Sequence record: MT682710.1
Strand: one strand, 5' to 3'
Origin: Escherichia phage vB_EcoM_FT
Length of the DNA stretch: 64,000 nucleotides
Shown here: piece after piece, positions 10,467 to 20,701 of the stretch
Layout: every line of letters starts with the position of its first letter
Numbering within the stretch: the stretch's first letter is position 1
Notes under the pieces: model-generated
Told to the model about the DNA's origin: nothing
Seen by the model: the letters and a program-made list of their open reading frames with translations, nothing else
Database searches by the model: none
Made by a program: the position numbers and the translations under genes

Positions 10467-10898
10467 TTATTCCTTAAAGTGAGCTTTCAACATCTGATAC
10501 AAGGACCATGCCTGTTCATTATTTTCAATAGTAACTTTCATGATCGGGAATTCAGATGGTTCAGTTACTGGTGCAGGGTCTTCCTGCTCTTCAGCAGCCT
10601 GATATGGATTTTCCACTTCATTAAAGAACCCAGCTTCGTTAGTAGAGAGCCAGATAAAGTTTTCGTCAAGGATATCACCACCGGCACAACGTTTGAGTAC
10701 ACCTATGGATGTCATAATTTTAGTAGGACGCCCAAGATAATCAGCATCTAAAATTTTAAAAGGTTCCATACCTAAACGCCGCGCATAGATTCCGTTATCA
10801 GTATGGTCTTTAATAAAATTTTCTTGAGCTTGTTTATTTTTAAATTGATACCATTTATTAACTTCAAATTTAATAGCCATTAATAAATTTCCTTCCAA
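10467..10898 (-). CDS. hypothetical protein (goF/comC-alpha position)
   Basis: 143-aa ORF; positional inference only. Confidence 0.45.
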   Translation of the reverse strand: MEGNLLMAIKFEVNKWYQFKNKQAQENFIKDHTDNGIYARRLGMEPFKILDADYLGRPTKIMTSIGVLKRCAGGDILDENFIWLSTNEAGFFNEVENPYQAAEEQEDPAPVTEPSEFPIMKVTIENNEQAWSLYQMLKAHFKE

Positions 10899-11095
10899 TA
10901 AGTTGTGCCATTTTCAGTAATTTCACGAAATACACCATAAATTGGTTGTTTATCACCGACTTTCTCATACACATAAACAGAAGTCAAGTGAGTAAACTTG
11001 CTAGTATGTTCCTTTTGAACTACTACCAAATTTGGATCAAATAATACATCTTCAAATTCATCATTAGTGCAGTTCTGAACAATTTTACGTTTCAT
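10880..11095 (-). CDS. hypothetical protein (cef position)
   Basis: 71-aa ORF; positional inference only. Confidence 0.4.
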   Translation of the reverse strand: MKRKIVQNCTNDEFEDVLFDPNLVVVQKEHTSKFTHLTSVYVYEKVGDKQPIYGVFREITENGTTYWKEIY

Positions 11096-11266
11096 TACAA
11101 TTTCCTCATTAATTAAACATTGGAGCGATGCGTTTCAGAAGAGTATCAGCACCTTTAGCGAATTTCCATTTTATTCTCCAAGTTGTTTTCTGTATCAGTA
11201 GTTGATATTGATATAGTACCATAATCAACTACTGATGTATATAGTTTTATGAAAAAATTTTAAACT

Positions 11267-11755
11267 TTATGCATAGAGAGCATTGCTATAGTGTTTAATC
11301 CAACTTTCAGGAATGACTTTGTATGTTCCTAAAAATACCACATTGTACAGCTTAACACCATCTTCTACCCATTGATCGGTAATGTATCCACACATAGCAC
11401 GAGTATAAACAACCCTTCCATCGTCTTTGATAAAGTTAAATTCACAAGGAGCAACGAACTTGATAGCTTGACCGAGTTTCCACTTAAAGTCTACACCTAC
11501 ATGCGAAGTATCAATCGTTTCAATTCCTTTAGCGGGAACAGCTTTCAAAAACGCAGATTCAAGAAATTTCGCGCGAACATAACCAAACTGAGGTTTAGAC
11601 TTTCCATCTTTAGGAATGATACGCACTTTTACTTCAGAATCTTCATCTTTAACGCCGTGTTTAAGCTGAATGCTTACAATTTCGACCAATTTTCCTGCTG
11701 CTTTAGAACGGGATTTATCAGACACACGAGCAATTTCACCAATATTAATAATCAT
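11267..11755 (-). CDS. motB: MotB-like protein
   Basis: 162-aa ORF recognised as T4 MotB; same length and position. Confidence 0.75.
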   Translation of the reverse strand: MIINIGEIARVSDKSRSKAAGKLVEIVSIQLKHGVKDEDSEVKVRIIPKDGKSKPQFGYVRAKFLESAFLKAVPAKGIETIDTSHVGVDFKWKLGQAIKFVAPCEFNFIKDDGRVVYTRAMCGYITDQWVEDGVKLYNVVFLGTYKVIPESWIKHYSNALYA

Positions 11756-11831
11756 AGTTATCTCTCACTTGTTAAAAAGATTTTATACTCCACAGGACCA
11801 TTATACTCTGGTCCCAAGAGTTTGTAAACTA

Positions 11832-12374
11832 TTAATTCAAAATAGCTACCACTGCACTACGAGGTACTACGCTAAAATCACCCGCATGAACAACGTTCAG
11901 AAGTTCAACACCATCTTCAATCCATTGGTCTGTTACCCAACCACAGACCGAAATAAATGGGGTCTTAATAGCTACCGCATGAGTCAAAAGGTCAGTAGGA
12001 TCAACTTCTTTGAAGAGGATAAGCTCTGCTTCAAAGACTATAGTTTTAATTACTTCATCATTATCTAAACGGTGTACTCGAATCACGTAAGCTTTATTCT
12101 TATCATACCAGTTACTTTTTGAAAAACTTTTAACCACAAACTCGCCTTCACCAAAAGCATTAGTCAATGCTTTATAACCCAAATTTAGTTCAGTAGTTTT
12201 AATTTCAGTTTCAACCAGTTTGTAGGTTTTGCCAATTTCGATGGTCCGAGCAGTCATAAATGTTTCCTTAATTTCTAATGGTTTAACAAGAGTGCCGTAC
12301 ATGCTTGCTATATCCATATCAAACGGTTTAGCTACCGGATTTGGTATGTATTCAGGATTATAATTAAATTTCAT
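11832..12374 (-). CDS. MotB paralog (motB.1 position)
   Basis: 180-aa ORF; C-terminus CGWVTDQWIEDGVELLNVVHAG parallels MotB CGYITDQWVEDGVKLYNVVFLG. Confidence 0.55.
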   Translation of the reverse strand: MKFNYNPEYIPNPVAKPFDMDIASMYGTLVKPLEIKETFMTARTIEIGKTYKLVETEIKTTELNLGYKALTNAFGEGEFVVKSFSKSNWYDKNKAYVIRVHRLDNDEVIKTIVFEAELILFKEVDPTDLLTHAVAIKTPFISVCGWVTDQWIEDGVELLNVVHAGDFSVVPRSAVVAILN

Positions 12375-12376
12375 AA

Positions 12377-12877
12377 TTATCTCATTTCAATAAAATCTAC
12401 GAGTTCAGCATGCGATTTGCGGAACATTACTTGGTGCCCACCAATGATAACTTCATCTTCAGGAACTTCGTATACAGCGAGATAAAATCCTTTAGAAGAT
12501 AATTCTTCCCGCTCTTCTCGCGTGAACCATCTCATCATATCATATTCGCTAGCGAAAGCAAAATGATAAAGACCTATAAACCATCCTGGAATATGATATT
12601 CTACTCCAACATAATCTTTCTTGAACTTAGTATTAATTACTTTATTAGCGTTTTTAACTAATAGTTTATCTTCGTGTGGTAAAGGAATTCTTTTATTATT
12701 ATCGCTATGATGCATAAAATTAGGTCTGTCATAACCTACGTGTAATAACCACTCTTCGCTCCATGAATCTATTATACTCCTGTATGGCGTTATTTGAACA
12801 CAAAGATTTCGACGTATTGTTATAGCATCTTCATAATCAAGAATACTAAACGATGATTCAACGCGATAAATTTTCAT
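12377..12877 (-). CDS. hypothetical protein (motB.2 position)
   Basis: start moved to internal ATG (MKIYRVESS) with GAGGA RBS because an early promoter lies inside the longer track ORF. Confidence 0.5.
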   Translation of the reverse strand: MKIYRVESSFSILDYEDAITIRRNLCVQITPYRSIIDSWSEEWLLHVGYDRPNFMHHSDNNKRIPLPHEDKLLVKNANKVINTKFKKDYVGVEYHIPGWFIGLYHFAFASEYDMMRWFTREEREELSSKGFYLAVYEVPEDEVIIGGHQVMFRKSHAELVDFIEMR

Positions 12878-12904
12878 TTTATTATCCTCAGTAGCTATGA
12901 TGTT

Positions 12905-12934
12905 ATAATACCACAACTAACCGAGGAAGTAAAC
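12905..12934 (-). promoter_or_regulatory. early promoter (GTTTAC-N18-TATTAT)
   Basis: lies just downstream of dexA stop. Confidence 0.5.
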
Positions 12935-12940
12935 AACTTT

Positions 12941-13624
12941 TTATCGTTTTGTTGGAAGAGACAGAGGATCGCACTCTTCCTCTGACGGGGCATCTTCAAG
13001 ACCCATAGCATATCGCAAAGCATACTTCATCATCAGGATGTCTTTCGCACAGTCATGAATAGAATCATGTGCAACGAATCCATCTAAGGTTCCCTTTGGA
13101 AGAGGACATGTGGTCATATCACGAACAAGCAGAAGTGCTTCAATTCTGGTACGAATATCACGCTGATTCCAGAATTTACAAGGTTCTAACTTAAATGTAT
13201 CAAGCTCATTCTCGGAAACGCCGTTAAGACGTTGAATATCGCGAATGAGATCGACTAAAATTGGAAAATCAAACGACATTCCACGGCACCAACCTTGAGA
13301 TTTCCAAGGATCGATGTTATGTGCATTGATGTAATCATTAAATTTTGCAATACCATCGATAGTGCTTACATCTTCATCTGATGGTGCAATATTTTTTCTA
13401 GCTTCAGGTGATTGATTTTTCCACCATTCGATAGTGCTTTTAGTAAAAAGACGATGTCCTTTTTGGCTTTTTAAATCAAACTTGATTTTAATGCCACGTG
13501 AAACTAATTCATCAAATGTTTCAACGACTTCTGGATTAGGGTCAAAAGCAATTACAGCCAAATCAATAACAGCTGCTTTTTCACCACTTCCCATTGTTTC
13601 AAAATCTATAATAAAATCAAACAT
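12941..13624 (-). CDS. dexA: exonuclease A (DexA), DnaQ-like 3'-5' exonuclease
   Basis: 227-aa ORF recognised as T4 DexA; DFETMG exonuclease motif. Confidence 0.9.
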   Translation of the reverse strand: MFDFIIDFETMGSGEKAAVIDLAVIAFDPNPEVVETFDELVSRGIKIKFDLKSQKGHRLFTKSTIEWWKNQSPEARKNIAPSDEDVSTIDGIAKFNDYINAHNIDPWKSQGWCRGMSFDFPILVDLIRDIQRLNGVSENELDTFKLEPCKFWNQRDIRTRIEALLLVRDMTTCPLPKGTLDGFVAHDSIHDCAKDILMMKYALRYAMGLEDAPSEEECDPLSLPTKR

Positions 13625-13881
13625 TAAATTTTCCTTGCTAAATCGCGAATTTGACCTACAGTATAGTCTTGAATATAAACTTTATTAATAGGCTCATCAA
13701 TAAATTTTGCCATAGATTCAATATCTTTTTGTATTTCTTCAAGACTGTATACTATCTTTAAAGCTTTTTCGCGAATAGTAATATTTTCAGGACCCTGATT
13801 TTCTTGAATGACAGCTTTAACATTTGTCATAAGAGATTTAAACTGGTACCAACTTAATTCAATCATTAATAATCGCCTCAT
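13624..13881 (-). CDS. hypothetical protein (dexA.1 position)
   Basis: 85-aa ORF; paralogous to next ORF. Confidence 0.5.
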   Translation of the reverse strand: MRRLLMIELSWYQFKSLMTNVKAVIQENQGPENITIREKALKIVYSLEEIQKDIESMAKFIDEPINKVYIQDYTVGQIRDLARKI

Positions 13882-14119
13882 AAAGATAGCTAATTTCGCC
13901 TAAAACGTAATCATTGATTGTAACAGTTTTCACTTCACCACAAAAGAATTCTAACGCAATTAAATCTCGTTCAATTTCTTCTAATTGAAGCATCAACTTA
14001 CTAGATTCAATTTTTACAGTTTCACGATTTTTACCATGAGCAATTTCATAAATTTCGCTCACTTTATCTTGAAGCAGATAAAACTGATCTTTAGTTATTT
14101 CCACGAATAGCTTCCTCAA
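13859..14119 (-). CDS. hypothetical protein (dexA.2 position)
   Basis: 86-aa ORF; shares pattern with 13624..13881. Confidence 0.5.
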   Translation of the reverse strand: MRKLFVEITKDQFYLLQDKVSEIYEIAHGKNRETVKIESSKLMLQLEEIERDLIALEFFCGEVKTVTINDYVLGEISYLYEAIIND

Positions 14120-14125
14120 ATTTAA

Positions 14126-15445
14126 TCATACATAAAATACATCATAACGACCACGGGTAACACCAACATAAAGAAGTTGTTGAGCTAATTCAGCATCTGC
14201 ATAATGAATACAAGGCGTATAAATGAAAGCACGGTCTACGGACATACCCTGAGCTTTATGGAATGTTGATGCAGGAAGTGCTTTCACTTTACTAAACTGT
14301 GATTTAGCATCCCAAAAATCACTCCACGGGGCTTTTCCGCCTTTATTCCAATTTTTATAAGTTTCTGCCGTTTTACCTAAAAATAAATTAAACTTATATA
14401 GCTCTTCATCAGATGAAATTATTTTAATCTTTTCACGATAATATTCATCATCGCCGTAAGTTTCTACTGTTAAATCCCAATGACGAATTAAGTATTCTCC
14501 AGAAACACCACGAGCTTTAACAAAGGTTGATGTATACTCTGCTTCTATAATACGAACTAATTGTCCGTTATTAAAAATAATTTCTGACACAGGCTTTCCA
14601 TCAATTTTATATGTTTTAATTAATGGTTCCTGCATTACAATAATTTCACCGACAATAAAATCTTTATCAGTTTCAAAAATCTTTTTGCGAATAATGCTAT
14701 TTAACTTGTCAACAGATTTATTCGTAAATGCCATTACGCGATTTTCAAACAAATCATCTAATGATTTTACGATTGAAAAATAATTTACCATAAAATCGCG
14801 TAAAGCGGTATCACCAGTAAATCCACGTACTCCATGCCCGTCAACAACTTTATCATAAATCCACTTACCGTTGCGAACATCAGTAGCTACATCAATAATA
14901 GGAGCATTACTGCGTTTAACTTCAGTGAGTTCACACTGATAAAAATCTTTATGTGTAAAGAATGGACTGATATAAGCGGTGTTTTCTCCTGGGTCAACAG
15001 GTCTAATTTGCTTATTATCGCCTATTCCAATTATAGTACACCACGGCGGGATAGTTGAAAGCAGAATTTTGAATAGCTTTCTATCATACATTGACACTTC
15101 GTCGCAGATTAATACCCTGCATTTAGCTAAATCCGGTACTTCCTTCTGTTCAAAAAGAACGTTTTCTTCATATGTTACCGGGTTAATTTTAAGAATACTG
15201 TGAATAGTACTCGCTTCTTTCCCCGACAGTTTTGAAAGAATCTTTTTAGCTGCATGTGTAGGAGCTGCCAAAATGATACCAGTTTCACCCGTAGATATTA
15301 AAGCTTCAATGATGAACTTAGTAAGAGTAGTCTTACCGGTACCAGCAGGTCCATTAATAGTTACATGATGTTTCTTTTCTTTAATAGCCTTCATAACAAT
15401 GTTAAAGGCATTTTTCTGGCCTTCGGTCAAATCATCAAATGTCAT
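14126..15445 (-). CDS. dda: Dda DNA helicase (SF1B)
   Basis: 439-aa ORF; Walker A GPAGTGKT; recognised as T4 Dda. Confidence 0.95.
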   Translation of the reverse strand: MTFDDLTEGQKNAFNIVMKAIKEKKHHVTINGPAGTGKTTLTKFIIEALISTGETGIILAAPTHAAKKILSKLSGKEASTIHSILKINPVTYEENVLFEQKEVPDLAKCRVLICDEVSMYDRKLFKILLSTIPPWCTIIGIGDNKQIRPVDPGENTAYISPFFTHKDFYQCELTEVKRSNAPIIDVATDVRNGKWIYDKVVDGHGVRGFTGDTALRDFMVNYFSIVKSLDDLFENRVMAFTNKSVDKLNSIIRKKIFETDKDFIVGEIIVMQEPLIKTYKIDGKPVSEIIFNNGQLVRIIEAEYTSTFVKARGVSGEYLIRHWDLTVETYGDDEYYREKIKIISSDEELYKFNLFLGKTAETYKNWNKGGKAPWSDFWDAKSQFSKVKALPASTFHKAQGMSVDRAFIYTPCIHYADAELAQQLLYVGVTRGRYDVFYV

Positions 15446-15753
15446 CGTAAATTCCCTGCAATTGGAATACTAACAATACGCCCAGTATCTAGAATTCGCT
15501 GATATAATCTTTGTGTGTCTACATCAGGCTTAACATGTTTAACTTCTATTTTATTAAACCAAAATTTACGTGGAGTCTCAACTAATCTTGGAATTCCCTT
15601 GCCTAAAGCTAGTTGATACTGCTCTTTAAGAGTAGTAAATACTTTATCAGCAATATTCCATTCAAAAAATACAGCAGGACGATGTTCATCAAGTGGAACT
15701 GGCGTTGTAAATCCGTCTTTGTCTCGGTAAACTATCGCATATACATAAACCAT
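15442..15753 (-). CDS. hypothetical protein (dda.1 position)
   Basis: 103-aa ORF overlapping dda start. Confidence 0.55.
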   Translation of the reverse strand: MVYVYAIVYRDKDGFTTPVPLDEHRPAVFFEWNIADKVFTTLKEQYQLALGKGIPRLVETPRKFWFNKIEVKHVKPDVDTQRLYQRILDTGRIVSIPIAGNLR

Positions 15754-15754
15754 A

Positions 15755-16501
15755 TTATCCTCGGATAAGTTTAAAAATTGAACAATTTAGCGGGTATCCT
15801 CTTTTTAATTTGAGTTTATCAATAAATGACAAGTTTTGAAACCGCTCTACACCTTGAATAATTTTATCACACATATCATATTGCATTTCTGCTTCTGACA
15901 ACTTTTTCACAGTTTTCCAATCCGAGCCTTTAAGAAGAACGTTCAGTTTAACAACTTCAGCGCCTTCTGCTATGCGAGAACCATCAATACGAGCTTTAAG
16001 TGCTATAATCATCAGCTTAATGTCAGAGGTCTGTTTTGATTTAGAAAGCTGAGAAATGTGCTCAATTCGGTTTTCACGTTTTTTCTGTATAGCTTTAATT
16101 TGATTATAAGTCTTTTTGATTTTAGCCCATTTCTTTTCATCTAAATTTAGTTTATGAACTTTTTTCGCAGATGAACGACCAATTCGCAAAGCAAACAAAT
16201 CACGCTTTTCAATCAACTCTTCTAAAGTATAATCAGAACGAAATGTATTATACTTTTTCTTTACTGCAATAACATTCCCTTTAATGTATCCAACGTTATT
16301 ATCAAAACGTTCTAATGATAATTTCTCTCCTTCAATACGATTATCAAAAGGTTCTCCCGAGTAAGCACAAACTTTCTGATCTAAAATGTTCTTAATGTAA
16401 TTGAAGTCTAAGTTAAAATCTTTAGAACGTCTTTTTGCAGATGCCTGGGTATGCTCTAGACGACGTTTAATTTTACGAATTTGATTATTAGACAGTTTCA
16501 T
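15755..16501 (-). CDS. srd: Srd-like protein (sigma factor-related decoy)
   Basis: 248-aa ORF between dda.1 and modA as in T4. Confidence 0.6.
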   Translation of the reverse strand: MKLSNNQIRKIKRRLEHTQASAKRRSKDFNLDFNYIKNILDQKVCAYSGEPFDNRIEGEKLSLERFDNNVGYIKGNVIAVKKKYNTFRSDYTLEELIEKRDLFALRIGRSSAKKVHKLNLDEKKWAKIKKTYNQIKAIQKKRENRIEHISQLSKSKQTSDIKLMIIALKARIDGSRIAEGAEVVKLNVLLKGSDWKTVKKLSEAEMQYDMCDKIIQGVERFQNLSFIDKLKLKRGYPLNCSIFKLIRG

Positions 16502-16624
16502 ATTTTTCTCACATCTTACGGACGGTTAACTACTTATACTATAACATTTTTACCTTAACTTGTAAACAACTTTATGTAAAAATGCTTTAAAACTTTCATG
16601 GTATAATGAATCTAAGTCCTTCCA

Positions 16625-17227
16625 TTATAGATTAAATCCTTCAAAATCAAGAGTATAGATAGTGTATGTTGAATACTTTTTGTACTCATATCTATCTGCA
16701 ATTCTAAATACACTTCCAGCTGGTATCATTACTTCTTGTTCATCTGAAACTAATTCCATATTACGATAACGATGACTATCCGGAAACTTAAAGTTTGGAT
16801 TGTATTCTTTACAGCGTAGAGCTTTTATAGCATACTCCTGGAAATTGAATACCATAGGAGCTTTGAATTCAAAAATAACCTGTGTGTTATACTCTAAACC
16901 GGAAGCAAAATGTAGAGCTATATTTTTATCATATGAAGCTGATACTACTTTATCAAATGTAATAATATCAATTCCTTGATTTAACACTTGCTTAGTCTCG
17001 ACTGGAACACCTCTCCAAAGAGGTTTATCGTTTGGAACCAAACGAGATTTGATTATTTCATTTAACCAAGTATGGTCATCTGGCTTATTGGTAATACAAT
17101 GAATTAAAAGTTCAATTTCAGATAAATTAAACCCTTCAGAAAGCAATTCTTCACGAATAGAAGCACGCACCGATGCATCCATTGATTTTATTTTAAAATC
17201 TTTTAGTTGCATTACTGAGTATTTCAT
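16625..17227 (-). CDS. modA: ADP-ribosyltransferase ModA
   Basis: 200-aa ORF; R72 (LWRG), SAS, EQEVMIP motif; T4 ModA length. Confidence 0.85.
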   Translation of the reverse strand: MKYSVMQLKDFKIKSMDASVRASIREELLSEGFNLSEIELLIHCITNKPDDHTWLNEIIKSRLVPNDKPLWRGVPVETKQVLNQGIDIITFDKVVSASYDKNIALHFASGLEYNTQVIFEFKAPMVFNFQEYAIKALRCKEYNPNFKFPDSHRYRNMELVSDEQEVMIPAGSVFRIADRYEYKKYSTYTIYTLDFEGFNL

Positions 17228-17847
17228 TCAACTACCTCAATATCATAAACTTTAAATGTTCCAAATGAATCGTGTAATTTTTCTTTTGAAATAGAAGTTA
17301 TTCTATACTTTCCAATTGGAATCATCCATTCTTGTTCACGCACAATCATCATTAAGTTATCAGTACGCTCTGAATCTAATCCATCAGTATCTTCATACGT
17401 GTACTTAAACTCAGTATTAGGAGAAGAAAGTATAATATCGCTGATATGGTCAGAATAATTAAAAGCTTTATTAGTTTTTAAGCGAAGTATTATTTTAGTA
17501 AAATATTCAGCGTAAGAAAAAGAACATGCTGTGAGCAAACTAGTAGTAAATGAATCTACCCTGTTCGTTGAAAACACTTCTCCAACTTGTAAATCTTTAA
17601 TAAGTTCTTCTGTTGATTTTGATATACCACGATATAACTGATAAGGTGATTTAGTTAAATGCTTTTTAATGATTTTATTCAATTGCCGATGAAGAGCTTC
17701 ATTCTTTTTAGCTTCCATACATTGCCAAAGAACAGACTGCTCAAAGTCAGTAAATTTTTCACAGACCTTTTTATACATATCATATTGAAAATCAACGCTT
17801 TCAGCTTTTATAGATAACTGTTCAACATCTGCAAGATTAATAATCAT
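17224..17847 (-). CDS. modB: ADP-ribosyltransferase ModB
   Basis: 207-aa ORF; LYRG, FSTN, REQEWMIP motif; T4 ModB length. Confidence 0.85.
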   Translation of the reverse strand: MIINLADVEQLSIKAESVDFQYDMYKKVCEKFTDFEQSVLWQCMEAKKNEALHRQLNKIIKKHLTKSPYQLYRGISKSTEELIKDLQVGEVFSTNRVDSFTTSLLTACSFSYAEYFTKIILRLKTNKAFNYSDHISDIILSSPNTEFKYTYEDTDGLDSERTDNLMMIVREQEWMIPIGKYRITSISKEKLHDSFGTFKVYDIEVVE

Positions 17848-17873
17848 GATAGCCTCCGTATACTTCAGAAGCT

Positions 17874-17903
17874 ATCATATCATCGTTAGAAAGGAAAGTA
17901 AAC
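17874..17903 (-). promoter_or_regulatory. early promoter upstream of modB (GTTTAC, weaker -10)
   Basis: GTTTAC with A-rich upstream tract. Confidence 0.4.
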
Positions 17904-17914
17904 AACTTTTTGAA

Positions 17915-18097
17915 TTATTTTGCCCAGGGAGCCCAGGGCGGAGGGTCAAGATGGTATGAAGCTAGTTCTTCTAGAAGAGCATCTGGGGCTTCAATTCCAT
18001 AATTCTGTAATACTATACGGTACTCTTTCTTATAATCACTAGAATCATTCTGGATATTCGTAGAATGATTATCTTCTAACATCTCAAATAAATCCAT
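17915..18097 (-). CDS. hypothetical protein
   Basis: 60-aa ORF. Confidence 0.45.
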   Translation of the reverse strand: MDLFEMLEDNHSTNIQNDSSDYKKEYRIVLQNYGIEAPDALLEELASYHLDPPPWAPWAK

Positions 18098-18105
18098 ATT
18101 AATTC

Positions 18106-18576
18106 CTAGCGATAAAAACCAAAATGACGATTAGCTTCAGCAATCTTTCTTTCTTCTTCGGACATTCTCCAGCGTAGTCCAACATCAAAATGAGCCCAGA
18201 CCATCCTAACAAATGCATTTATATCTTTAATATCTTCAATAATGAATGTTTTACTTTTAGAAGGTTGACTCGCTAATTTAACTTTATCGTCTTCAAACAT
18301 GTCAAAAAGACCATATTCATGAGCTCTTTTATAGCCTTTAATAGTTAAAGCTTCAGAAGAAGAAAACGGTGAATCAGTATTCTGCAAAATATCTTCAGTA
18401 TGCTTTATAATTAGAATAACATTTTCTGGATATTTTCTTTCTTTTATATCTTTAATTAAAATATCCGGATTTTCTGCTAAAGGAATAATTAATGAACATT
18501 TTTTATCAAGTGTATTTACTGATTTACCTTCTTTGGACATAAATTCTATTGAATAGTGTTTTGCTACTTCAATCAT
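18106..18576 (-). CDS. hypothetical protein
   Basis: 156-aa ORF. Confidence 0.55.
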   Translation of the reverse strand: MIEVAKHYSIEFMSKEGKSVNTLDKKCSLIIPLAENPDILIKDIKERKYPENVILIIKHTEDILQNTDSPFSSSEALTIKGYKRAHEYGLFDMFEDDKVKLASQPSKSKTFIIEDIKDINAFVRMVWAHFDVGLRWRMSEEERKIAEANRHFGFYR

Positions 18577-18729
18577 GTGATTTCCTTTTGCCTACTAATG
18601 GACCATCAGGAATTTTGTTTTCCTGAATGTATTTCTCATTTTCTTCCATCATTTTACTGCCAATTTTAAGAAGCAAATCCATTGCTTCATTTGCTTTAGC
18701 TTTAGCCTCTTCTAACGTCATATCTCTGT

Positions 18730-18933
18730 TCATGATTTATCCCCATAGATGTCTCTCATTAATTTAAGCGCTGAGCGTTCTAATTTCTTTTCTTTCTCAG
18801 CTTTAATCATAGATTTCATCCATTCTTCTGATTCGTTCTGCATTTCTTTATTTGCTTGTTCAACCCAACCGTCATCAATATACATTGAGTTTGGTCTATT
18901 GAACCATTCAAGCATTTTCTTCAGAACTTTCAT
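18730..18933 (-). CDS. hypothetical protein (srh position)
   Basis: 67-aa ORF. Confidence 0.45.
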   Translation of the reverse strand: MKVLKKMLEWFNRPNSMYIDDGWVEQANKEMQNESEEWMKSMIKAEKEKKLERSALKLMRDIYGDKS

Positions 18934-19393
18934 TTATTTTACCTAAAACAACAGTAGGAGCATCATCAAATTCATGAATTTTTAGCAAATTTGGGTTTAA
19001 ATTATTCCATACATAATAAATAAAGTATGATAAAGCATCTTCACTCGCAATTATAAATTTATTTCCTTCATTTATTTTCCAGTCATATACTGAATCGTAC
19101 GAATAAAAAGATAAAGGATTACCATTATATTGTTCTGCGCTAACATTAATGTATTCGGATTTAGTAAATGCTTCAATTGCTCTAAACGGACTATTTGGCA
19201 CAGTTTCAATAATTCCGATCTTTTTAAGTTTTATTTCAACATCTTCTGGAACTGGCATTGAAACGAAATTTTCTACGAGATACATAGGGTTACAATAACC
19301 CTTATCAATCACTACGGCTACAGTAATTGGAACATCTTTAGCAAACGACATGCTATTACTGCTAATATACATTTCAAACAAAATCGCTTCCAT
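18908..19393 (-). CDS. Mrh-like protein (161 aa)
   Basis: ATG at 19393 (MEAILFEMY) gives 161 aa, the size I recall for T4 Mrh; position before soc. Confidence 0.45.
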   Translation of the reverse strand: MEAILFEMYISSNSMSFAKDVPITVAVVIDKGYCNPMYLVENFVSMPVPEDVEIKLKKIGIIETVPNSPFRAIEAFTKSEYINVSAEQYNGNPLSFYSYDSVYDWKINEGNKFIIASEDALSYFIYYVWNNLNPNLLKIHEFDDAPTVVLGKINESSEENA

Positions 19394-19401
19394 AATTTTC
19401 C

Positions 19402-19734
19402 TCAATCGCAAGATGTAGATGAACAACCAGAATCACAAGAATTTCCGCATGAATCACCTGCCCATACATGAACAGGGACATTTGTATCATATGAATCAGA
19501 ACTAGACTGTGTATTAGATGATGTAGTAGGTACTGACCAGCGCCAAGGATTTTTATAATATTCTTGGGCTTCTTCATAAGTCATAGTAACTGCTTCTACT
19601 GTTCCATCTCCCATATAAACATATTCAACTACAGTTAAAGGGAGGTAGTCATTTGAAATAGGAACTACACCTTCTCCGGGAGTTGTAGAGAAAAAATCCG
19701 TAAAGAAACTTTTAAACCAATTAAAGATAAACAT
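19402..19734 (-). CDS. hypothetical Ser/Cys-rich protein
   Basis: 110-aa ORF. Confidence 0.5.
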   Translation of the reverse strand: MFIFNWFKSFFTDFFSTTPGEGVVPISNDYLPLTVVEYVYMGDGTVEAVTMTYEEAQEYYKNPWRWSVPTTSSNTQSSSDSYDTNVPVHVWAGDSCGNSCDSGCSSTSCD

Positions 19735-19940
19735 TACAAAAAGCCTCTCTTGAATTCGACTTGCTTTTCGCCATAATCATATCGAATCTCTGCATTAAAT
19801 TCGACAGAACCATCTGCGTACATCATAAATGAATGCACAACAACTTCTGTAGACCATGGCTGTAGTTCATATTTCTTCATTACATGTCGTGAAATGATAA
19901 TATCTAAATCTTCATTTGGTTTAATCCAGCGATTTAACAT
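19734..19940 (-). CDS. hypothetical protein
   Basis: 68-aa ORF downstream of promoter 19967..19996. Confidence 0.5.
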   Translation of the reverse strand: MLNRWIKPNEDLDIIISRHVMKKYELQPWSTEVVVHSFMMYADGSVEFNAEIRYDYGEKQVEFKRGFL

Positions 19941-19966
19941 AGTGCTCTCCTCTATAAGATAATTCT

Positions 19967-19996
19967 ATTATACCATACTCATTTTGGAAAGTAAAC
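19967..19996 (-). promoter_or_regulatory. early promoter (GTTTAC-N18-TATAAT) paired with hairpin
   Basis: immediately downstream of soc terminator hairpin. Confidence 0.55.
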
Positions 19997-20010
19997 CATT
20001 TAAATGAAAA

Positions 20011-20030
20011 AGGACTCCCGAAGGAGTCCT
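20011..20030 (-). terminator. GC stem-loop with UUCG-type tetraloop downstream of soc
   Basis: aggactcccgaaggagtcct. Confidence 0.55.
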
Positions 20031-20035
20031 TGAAT

Positions 20036-20281
20036 TTATTCACCAGTTACTTTCCACAAATCTTCATTTGCAGCAATCCATTCAGTACGTTGATTTTCTT
20101 CATATACTGTAGAATATGCTGCTTTTTCTGAAGGGAATGTCTGATAATGAGCACCAGAAATTTTGTGAACGTCAGAATAAAGAGGGAAAGCTACAGAAAT
20201 TTCCTTTCCTTCAATTTTCTTATTTCCATCTAATTTCTGCTCAAATGTTTTGATATTAACATAACCGCGAGTACTAGCCAT
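20036..20281 (-). CDS. soc: small outer capsid protein Soc
   Basis: 81-aa ORF MASTRGYVNIKTFEQKLDGNKKIEGKEISVAFPLY recognised as T4 Soc. Confidence 0.9.
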   Translation of the reverse strand: MASTRGYVNIKTFEQKLDGNKKIEGKEISVAFPLYSDVHKISGAHYQTFPSEKAAYSTVYEENQRTEWIAANEDLWKVTGE

Positions 20282-20297
20282 GTAATTCTCCTTTTAT

Positions 20298-20507
20298 TTA
20301 AATTACATGATTATTTATAATAAATTCTCGCGGAACGTTAAAATACCCAATTTTAGTTAATATAACAACATCGCCGTTAATAATTACCGGAGAATAATCT
20401 TCTGGAGCATTAAATTTCCAATGGGCTCTAATATTATATCCATCAGAACCAAATGCTCGACTAGCCGGTCTCCCGGCTTTTTGCCATGCATAAAAATCAA
20501 ATTTCAT
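20298..20507 (-). CDS. hypothetical protein (soc.1 position)
   Basis: 69-aa ORF. Confidence 0.5.
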   Translation of the reverse strand: MKFDFYAWQKAGRPASRAFGSDGYNIRAHWKFNAPEDYSPVIINGDVVILTKIGYFNVPREFIINNHVI

Positions 20508-20701
20508 TTTGAATGCTCTATAATTAATTTTAAAGCTTCTTCACTGACAAAAATTTCGTCAGGACCTTCTATAACTTCAACCATATGAAGTTGATTAGTT
20601 AAGAGCTCACACACGAGCTCTTTGTTATAATCTTTAAATAGCTGGTCAATACGTTTCTTATGGGCTTTCTTGAGCTGGCGTTTATTTAAACTAGCCATCA
20701 A
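20504..20701 (-). CDS. hypothetical protein (soc.2 position)
   Basis: 65-aa ORF. Confidence 0.5.
   Translation of the reverse strand: MMASLNKRQLKKAHKKRIDQLFKDYNKELVCELLTNQLHMVEVIEGPDEIFVSEEALKLIIEHSK

Noticed and set aside
15755-16501. HNH homing endonuclease reading of the srd-position ORF (CAYSGEPFDNRIEGEKLSLERFDNNVGYIKGNV resembles an HNH-like segment)
   Set aside because: No clear H-N-H catalytic triad; the size and position fit Srd, so the call stays Srd-like with moderate confidence.
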